DNA from: Ostreococcus lucimarinus
Taxonomy: Eukaryota
Assembly: GCA_000092065.1 (NCBI GenBank)
Contig: CP000595.1
DNA length: 64,000 nucleotides
Strand: one strand, 5' to 3'
Positions 58,903-64,000 of this stretch are shown here, in pieces. The notes under the pieces are model-generated. The model had not been told where the DNA came from. It made no database searches and saw nothing but the letters and a program-made list of their open reading frames with translations. Position numbers and translations under genes: made by a program. Position 1 is the stretch's first letter. Each line of letters begins with the position of its first letter.

Positions 58903-61900
58903 ATGTCGCCCCCCACGCTCGACGCCGCGCTTCGTCGCAACGCACGCGAGCGCCCGAGCGCCATCGCGTGCGTCCTCGTCCCGAACGCGCGCGAGAAGAA
59001 CCGAAAGTGCTTCTTCACTTGGGACGAGTTACACGGCGTCGTCGACGCCCTCGCGCGCGTCTTGCGCGCCGACCGCCATCCGCGCGTTCTGAGCTTTTGT
59101 CGCGACGGCGTCGAGGCGTTCGTGGCGCTGCACGCGTGCGCGCGGGCGCGGAAGAGTTTGGTGAACGTGGACGCGGCGACGCCGGCGAGCAGGATTCGGG
59201 ACGTCGCGCGGGACGCGAACGCGACGACGTGTCTGTGCGCGAACGACGGCGATGAAGACTCGGTAAAATCGGTGTTAGGAGAAGACGGTGTCGCGGTGCG
59301 CGTGTGGGAGGTGATTAATGCGGGCGCGGAGGCGATCGAGGCGGAAGAGGACGAGACGCGAGAGGACGACGAAATTTGGATTGCGTACACGAGCGGGACG
59401 ACGGGAAAATGCAAGGGCGCCGCGGCGACGCATCGACGCGCGATGGCGTACGCACGGGCGAAGTGTGAGGTGGAAGAGATCGACGCGTGCTCGCGGGTGT
59501 GCTTGGCGTCGAACGCGACGTTCGATTTGTGGCACGGCGACGCGTGCGCGGCGGCGGCGGCGGGCGCCGCCGTCGTCGTCGCGTCTCGCGCGACTTTTCA
59601 ACACGATTTCGCGAGAGTGTTGCGAGAGGGCGAAGTCACGCACGTGTGTTGCACGCCGACGATGTTCTCGCTGGCGCGACTTCCGCGTGGGATCGTGGAC
59701 GCACCGAAGTTGCGATGCGTATCGCTGGCGGGGGAGCGCATGCGCGAGAGCACAATCGCACTATGGGCCGACGACGTGGCGTTGTACAACGTGTACGGTG
59801 CCACGGAAACGACTGTGGTGCAAACGTACGCAAGAATGCGCAATGCAGAAGACGAAAGCACGAATCGGGCGGGGAAAGCGTACGAAGGATTTGCCAGCGT
59901 GTTCGTCGTGGATGAAATGCGCGAAGGCGAATTGGCGGTGCAATCCTTCGCGCAGAGACGCGGCGTCGAAGGCGAAGTTGCCATCGGCGGTATTTGCGTC
60001 GCAGACGGGTATTTGAACGACCCCGAACGCACGGCACGTGCGTTCGTTCACTCACCATTCGGTACCGTCTATCTCACGGGCGATCGCGGGTACATCGATG
60101 ACGCAGGCGATTTGTATTTGCGCGGTAGACTCGATCGCCAAGTCAAGATTCGCGGTCATCGCGTCGAGTTGGATGAAATCGAAGCCGCGCTTCGTTCGTG
60201 CCCCGCACTATGCGACGACGCCGTCGTGTTCTACGATGCCAATGAGGGAGTGCTGACTTCCCACGCACGAGCAGCTTCGCCGACGTTCGACGCGTCGAGC
60301 GATGCAGATTTATACGCGTTCGCGCTCGAACGCGTCGTCGAGCTACGATTGCCGCGACACATGGTGCCTCGTCGACACGTCTTCATCGAGCACGCGCGAT
60401 GGCCTTTGACTTCGAGTGGAAAAACGAATCGTCAGATACTGCTTCAATGGTTTGCGAGCGGCGAGACGAAGGCGTTTCGACCTAAGCGTGAGAAACCGCA
60501 AGCGGGATTGGAAACAGTCGTCGCGAACGCTTGGGCTGTCGCGCTGGGGCACGGCGACGCGAGCGATATCGGCGCCCTCGACGCGTTCGATGCGCTCGGT
60601 GGAACCTCACTCAACGTTCTCGCAGTTTCAAAAGCGCTGGCGAGCGACGACGGAATCGTGCGCTCGCGCGATACCGCGCGTGGCGAAATTGTGCGCGAAG
60701 CGCGAATTGGTTTACGCGACGGCGAAGCTGCGGCGCTGCTCAACGACGGCGAAGAACCCGCGGCGTGCGCGTTCGACGTCATCGACGGCCCGTTCGCACC
60801 GTGCGAAATATTCGCGAGACCCGTGCTTCGCGATTACGTTGATTATTTGCGAGCGCAAGGTATAGACGCCGACGTGAACGCTCCCGCGTCCACCGCCGTC
60901 GAGCCACAGCGAGATACATCTGCGAATCGTCGCATGCTCGCGGCGTGCGGTCGCGGCGTCGCCCCCGTCGTTCGCGCTTTGCTCGCGACCGGCGTCGAAG
61001 CATCGGGCGAGCACCTTCGAGCCGCCGCCGCGAGCCTCGCCGACGAAGCCGTGGACGTAGTGCAAACTTTACTCGCCGCCGGTGCGGATGCAAGTTCATC
61101 ATCCGCCACAGCCGGTACGCTCGCGACGCACGTCGCCGCCGCTCGCGGGAACTCTGAAATGTTAGAAATGTTGCTCGCCGCCGGCGCTCCAGCGGGAGCG
61201 AAGGACGCGGATAAGCAAACGATTTGTCACTTAGCAGTGCGGAGCGGGGATGTGAGTACCGTGCGCGTCGCGGCAAACGCGTGTAAACACTTGAAGACAC
61301 GCAAAGGTGGCTTGGAGTCGTGGGATCGTTGGAAGCGCACGCCCGCAGCGTGGGCGCTCGTCGCGGGATCGAGTGAAATTTTAGCCGAGTTGCGAGATGC
61401 CGGGGCGAATTTAACATCGCTTGAAACTGACGTCTCCAACGCCTGGGTGCACGGTTCGCTGAGCGCAAAGAGCGAGGTGCAGTTGGCGCATCGCCCGGTT
61501 CGCAAGCGAGGTGCCGCGGCGGAGGTGTTGAGCGCGCTCGCGGCTAGATTGGACGCCGCAAACGTCGAGAGCGAACGTATTGAAGCGGCGACGGCGATTC
61601 GCGAGCTCGTGTGCGCAAACGCAGAGAATCGAGAAAAGGCGCGAACGATCGGTTTGGTGCCAAAACTGTGCGAACTCGCGCGCGATCGTCACTGCGTTGA
61701 AGCCATCGGCGCGTTGAGAAATTTAGCCACCAACACGAGCGCGGCAGGGGCGGCTGGCGACGCCGGAGCTATGGAAATCCTCGGTGATGTCATTCGCGCT
61801 CGTGCTAAATTAAAAGACAGCGAGCTGAGTGCTGACGATAGGCGAGTAGTGTACGCTGCGGCGAGCGCGATGCGCGCGTTGGCGGTGAAGCACGACGCGA

Positions 61901-61977
61901 ATGCCGCGCGATTGCGCGCGTCGAGAGACGTCGCGGACGTCGTCAGTCGATTGTGCGAAGGCATGCGATTAGAGTAG
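58903..61977 (+). CDS. NRPS-like adenylation (A) and thiolation (T/PCP) didomain enzyme fused to ankyrin and armadillo-like repeats
   Basis: The track start at 58891 is GTG, and the first ATG is at 58903. The A-domain core motifs are IAYTSGTTGKCKG (A3), NVYGATETTV (A5), YLTGDRGY (A7), GRLDRQVKIRGHRVELDEIE (A8) and LTSSGKTNRQ (A10). The T-domain motif is FDALGGTSLNVLAVSKAL. The ankyrin repeats include TLATHVAAARGNSEMLEMLLAAGAPAGAKD. The C-terminus reads as ARM/HEAT-like helical repeats. I recognised no C, TE or R domain. Confidence 0.85.
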   Translation: MSPPTLDAALRRNARERPSAIACVLVPNAREKNRKCFFTWDELHGVVDALARVLRADRHPRVLSFCRDGVEAFVALHACARARKSLVNVDAATPASRIRDVARDANATTCLCANDGDEDSVKSVLGEDGVAVRVWEVINAGAEAIEAEEDETREDDEIWIAYTSGTTGKCKGAAATHRRAMAYARAKCEVEEIDACSRVCLASNATFDLWHGDACAAAAAGAAVVVASRATFQHDFARVLREGEVTHVCCTPTMFSLARLPRGIVDAPKLRCVSLAGERMRESTIALWADDVALYNVYGATETTVVQTYARMRNAEDESTNRAGKAYEGFASVFVVDEMREGELAVQSFAQRRGVEGEVAIGGICVADGYLNDPERTARAFVHSPFGTVYLTGDRGYIDDAGDLYLRGRLDRQVKIRGHRVELDEIEAALRSCPALCDDAVVFYDANEGVLTSHARAASPTFDASSDADLYAFALERVVELRLPRHMVPRRHVFIEHARWPLTSSGKTNRQILLQWFASGETKAFRPKREKPQAGLETVVANAWAVALGHGDASDIGALDAFDALGGTSLNVLAVSKALASDDGIVRSRDTARGEIVREARIGLRDGEAAALLNDGEEPAACAFDVIDGPFAPCEIFARPVLRDYVDYLRAQGIDADVNAPASTAVEPQRDTSANRRMLAACGRGVAPVVRALLATGVEASGEHLRAAAASLADEAVDVVQTLLAAGADASSSSATAGTLATHVAAARGNSEMLEMLLAAGAPAGAKDADKQTICHLAVRSGDVSTVRVAANACKHLKTRKGGLESWDRWKRTPAAWALVAGSSEILAELRDAGANLTSLETDVSNAWVHGSLSAKSEVQLAHRPVRKRGAAAEVLSALAARLDAANVESERIEAATAIRELVCANAENREKARTIGLVPKLCELARDRHCVEAIGALRNLATNTSAAGAAGDAGAMEILGDVIRARAKLKDSELSADDRRVVYAAASAMRALAVKHDANAARLRASRDVADVVSRLCEGMRLE

Positions 61978-62014
61978 ATATATGTAGCGAAACTATAGCG
62001 TCTATTGAAACAAT

Positions 62015-64000
62015 TTAGCAAATTTGCGCACGCGTTTGAAGCAAGACGATGCGATCGCCCACGACGGCGCCTTCGATGTCTTGCGGCGAGCCTCGATAGC
62101 TCTCCACCGACTTGGCGATGTCGGAGATTCGTCTAATCATCGCTTCGCGCGCGAGGGAGTTCCACACGATAGACGACGCGGTGTAGTCCACCACGCGTTC
62201 TTCCGTAGGCTCGGCGGTGATGCTGTCGTAGAGACCAGCGCCGGCGAAATTTTCCAAGTCTTCACCGTTCGAGTCGCTTCTCGCGATGACGGTACCGCCG
62301 GATGGCGCAAAGTGCCCGCAGAGCTTACTCGGAAGCGAACGAAGCGTGACCTCACCCGTTGTCTTGCTCACCGTAAATCCGAGCGCACTACCAGCGTCGT
62401 TACCGACCAAAGTTTCCCCGAGACCGACGCAAATCTCACCAAAGATTTCATCCGCGTCGCCGGTGACAGGGTTGGCGGTGTGCACCACGAAGGCGAATTC
62501 GGCGTCCACGAGTTCCATGAGAAGCACGGCGACGTTGAGATCCTTGTCGTCGATGCCGCAGGATTTACGCGACAACCACGCACGCTCTGTCCATTTTGAC
62601 GCCCATACACCGCAAACGGCGTCCCAGAGTCGCGGGAGGTCGACGGATGGTGAAAGCTTCGCCGCCGCTTCGTCGAGCGCGGATTCCAAACCTTGCGGGC
62701 ACACGAGACGGGTGGCGATGATTTCTCGCGCATCCGCGAGCGCCGCACGGCGGTCTTCGGCGGTAGTCGCTGTCTCAATGGCGGCAACGGCTGCTTCGAG
62801 CGCAGTACGAGTGTCGACGTCTTCCTCGAGGGCGCGTTCAAAGGTGCCAAATGGAAGCGCGTACGATCCTGGCACGTCGACGTTCGCAATGTTCATTGCG
62901 GCGAGTTCCTTGGCCATTTCCGAAAGACTGTTGCTCTTGCCGCCGACAATATCGCTGCTGTACGCGTCAGGAGTAATCAGCCACGCGTCAGAGGGCTTGT
63001 AAGGGGCGATAGACACCTTGGTCGTCGCCTTGGCGCTCGCCGTCGTCGTCGCGTCGGAGACGTTGGCTTTATCAATCTGCACATCTTCACCCGCGATAGA
63101 GAATCGCACGTTTTCACCCGCCATCTCTAGGACTTTGTTCCAAAGTACGTCATCTGCGACGCTCGCGAGAAGCACGTTCGTGTTTCTCGCTCGAATGGCG
63201 ATGTGACTGAGCAGATCGACCGGCGCCTTGGTGACGACGGCCTTGACGCCCGCGGGAATGTCTTCCAACCCACCGAGCGTTTCGGTGAAGCAAACCATGG
63301 GAGTGGACGAAAAATCTTCGCCTTGAATCTCACTGAGCGTTTGAACTTTCGCCATCCCGGCGTACGTCTCGAGGCTGGCGTCGCCGACGCTGACAATTTG
63401 CCAAGGCGAGCGACCCGCGGCGGCTCGAACCGCCGGACGAAGCGTCGAAATCAATTGCGAGACGACAAACAGGCTGTGTGAGCGCACGTTTTCTTCCCCA
63501 AAGTTGATCAAGTACTTGGGATCAGCCTTGGTGGACTTAGACGCGATGATATCTGCAGCGTTTTGCGTAGCGCGGCACAAAAAGTCCATATCGCTCTCCA
63601 TGGCGAGAGCGCAGAAATCGAGCGCGGCGTCCATGGTCTTCGACCAGTCCGCGCCCCAGCGTTCGCCGTGACCGTCACCCATGGCGACTTGGAGAAATTT
63701 TAAGCCCTCGCCGATGCGCGTGGACTCGTTCGTCAGCGCGACGTTCGTCAAAGAAAGCTCGAGAAGCGAAAGCAAATCATCCGAGGACATTGCGCCGTAA
63801 TCGACGGCTTCCACCTTGGTTCTGAAAAACTTTTCCAACGTCGCGTCGAGCATGACGACGTCTCGGTTCGGGCTGTCGTGTTGCCAAACTCCGAGAAGCT
63901 TCTTACGAACTTCGATAATTTTCCCCGGCACCCACCACGCGTCGCGGTTTTGCAGCAAATCGTCCACCTCCCACGCCAAGTCGCCGGGCAAACCGTTTCT
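62015..64000 (-). CDS. GWD: Alpha-glucan (or phosphoglucan), water dikinase, C-terminal part; the N-terminus lies beyond the right edge of the window
   Basis: The phosphohistidine swivel motif is AVVTKAPVDLLSHIAIRARNTNVLLASV. The nucleotide-binding (PPDK_N-like) blocks include VGGKSNSLSEMAKEL...VDVPGSYALPFGTFE and NGEDLENFAGAGLYDS...PQDIEGAVVGDRIVLLQTRAQ. The frame is still open at position 64000. Confidence 0.85.
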   Translation of the reverse strand, partial: RNGLPGDLAWEVDDLLQNRDAWWVPGKIIEVRKKLLGVWQHDSPNRDVVMLDATLEKFFRTKVEAVDYGAMSSDDLLSLLELSLTNVALTNESTRIGEGLKFLQVAMGDGHGERWGADWSKTMDAALDFCALAMESDMDFLCRATQNAADIIASKSTKADPKYLINFGEENVRSHSLFVVSQLISTLRPAVRAAAGRSPWQIVSVGDASLETYAGMAKVQTLSEIQGEDFSSTPMVCFTETLGGLEDIPAGVKAVVTKAPVDLLSHIAIRARNTNVLLASVADDVLWNKVLEMAGENVRFSIAGEDVQIDKANVSDATTTASAKATTKVSIAPYKPSDAWLITPDAYSSDIVGGKSNSLSEMAKELAAMNIANVDVPGSYALPFGTFERALEEDVDTRTALEAAVAAIETATTAEDRRAALADAREIIATRLVCPQGLESALDEAAAKLSPSVDLPRLWDAVCGVWASKWTERAWLSRKSCGIDDKDLNVAVLLMELVDAEFAFVVHTANPVTGDADEIFGEICVGLGETLVGNDAGSALGFTVSKTTGEVTLRSLPSKLCGHFAPSGGTVIARSDSNGEDLENFAGAGLYDSITAEPTEERVVDYTASSIVWNSLAREAMIRRISDIAKSVESYRGSPQDIEGAVVGDRIVLLQTRAQIC

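Noticed and set aside
1-64000. A prokaryotic reading of the window (operons, alternative GTG/TTG starts as used by the ORF track, mobile elements)
   Set aside because: The gene content is unmistakably eukaryotic: RB, CENP-C, VPS41, EMC3, SNAPC3 and Elongator. I found no Shine-Dalgarno or operon logic, IS elements, integrases or phage genes. I also found no evidence to call the bacterial-style Ig-like modules a horizontal transfer.

Overview
The window is GC-rich, with many CGCG runs, and is very gene-dense. It is eukaryotic nuclear DNA with no introns that I can demonstrate. The gene set includes plastid-type acetolactate synthase, glucan-water dikinase, a Rubisco-LSMT-like SET protein, retinoblastoma-related protein, CENP-C, VPS41, EMC3, OGG1 and SNAPC3. 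That set, together with the compact single-exon style, points to a mamiellophycean green picoalga, most like Ostreococcus (inference, not a database result). I support 19 protein-coding genes, two of them truncated by the window edges. I recognised no rRNA, tRNA, transposon or CRISPR array. The supplied ORF track uses bacterial alternative start codons. As a result many listed N-termini are over-extended, and many long Arg/Ala/Pro/Ser-rich ORFs are antisense or off-frame artefacts of high GC. The main signal is at 25.9-58.7 kb, more than half the window. Two giant single-exon genes sit head to head there, with 3,182 and 7,654 codons counted from the most plausible ATGs, and share a promoter region of about 340 bp. 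Both encode mosaic surface proteins with the same order: PSI, EGF-like, cadherin-like 'VNDPP' modules, ephrin-receptor-like Cys-rich repeats, then a homologous multi-pass membrane module. The larger one also carries a kringle, a somatomedin-B domain, an LNR-like module and ShKT-like motifs. Near its C-terminus it has a complete S1-S4 voltage-sensor domain with no pore (S5-P-S6) after it. The smaller one has a ubiquitin-like domain looped between two TM helices. It also has a cytosolic array of 11 CPxC...CPxC zinc-ribbon modules, 7 of which are identical 99-bp repeats at the DNA level. I regard this pair, and above all the pore-less voltage sensor fused to a giant adhesion-type receptor, as the candidate undescribed system. 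Other notable items are an NRPS-like A-T enzyme fused to ankyrin/armadillo repeats, an ORF split by an in-frame TAG, tandem repeats plus an E2F-like site in the RBR promoter, and telo-box-like motifs in AT-rich promoter islands.
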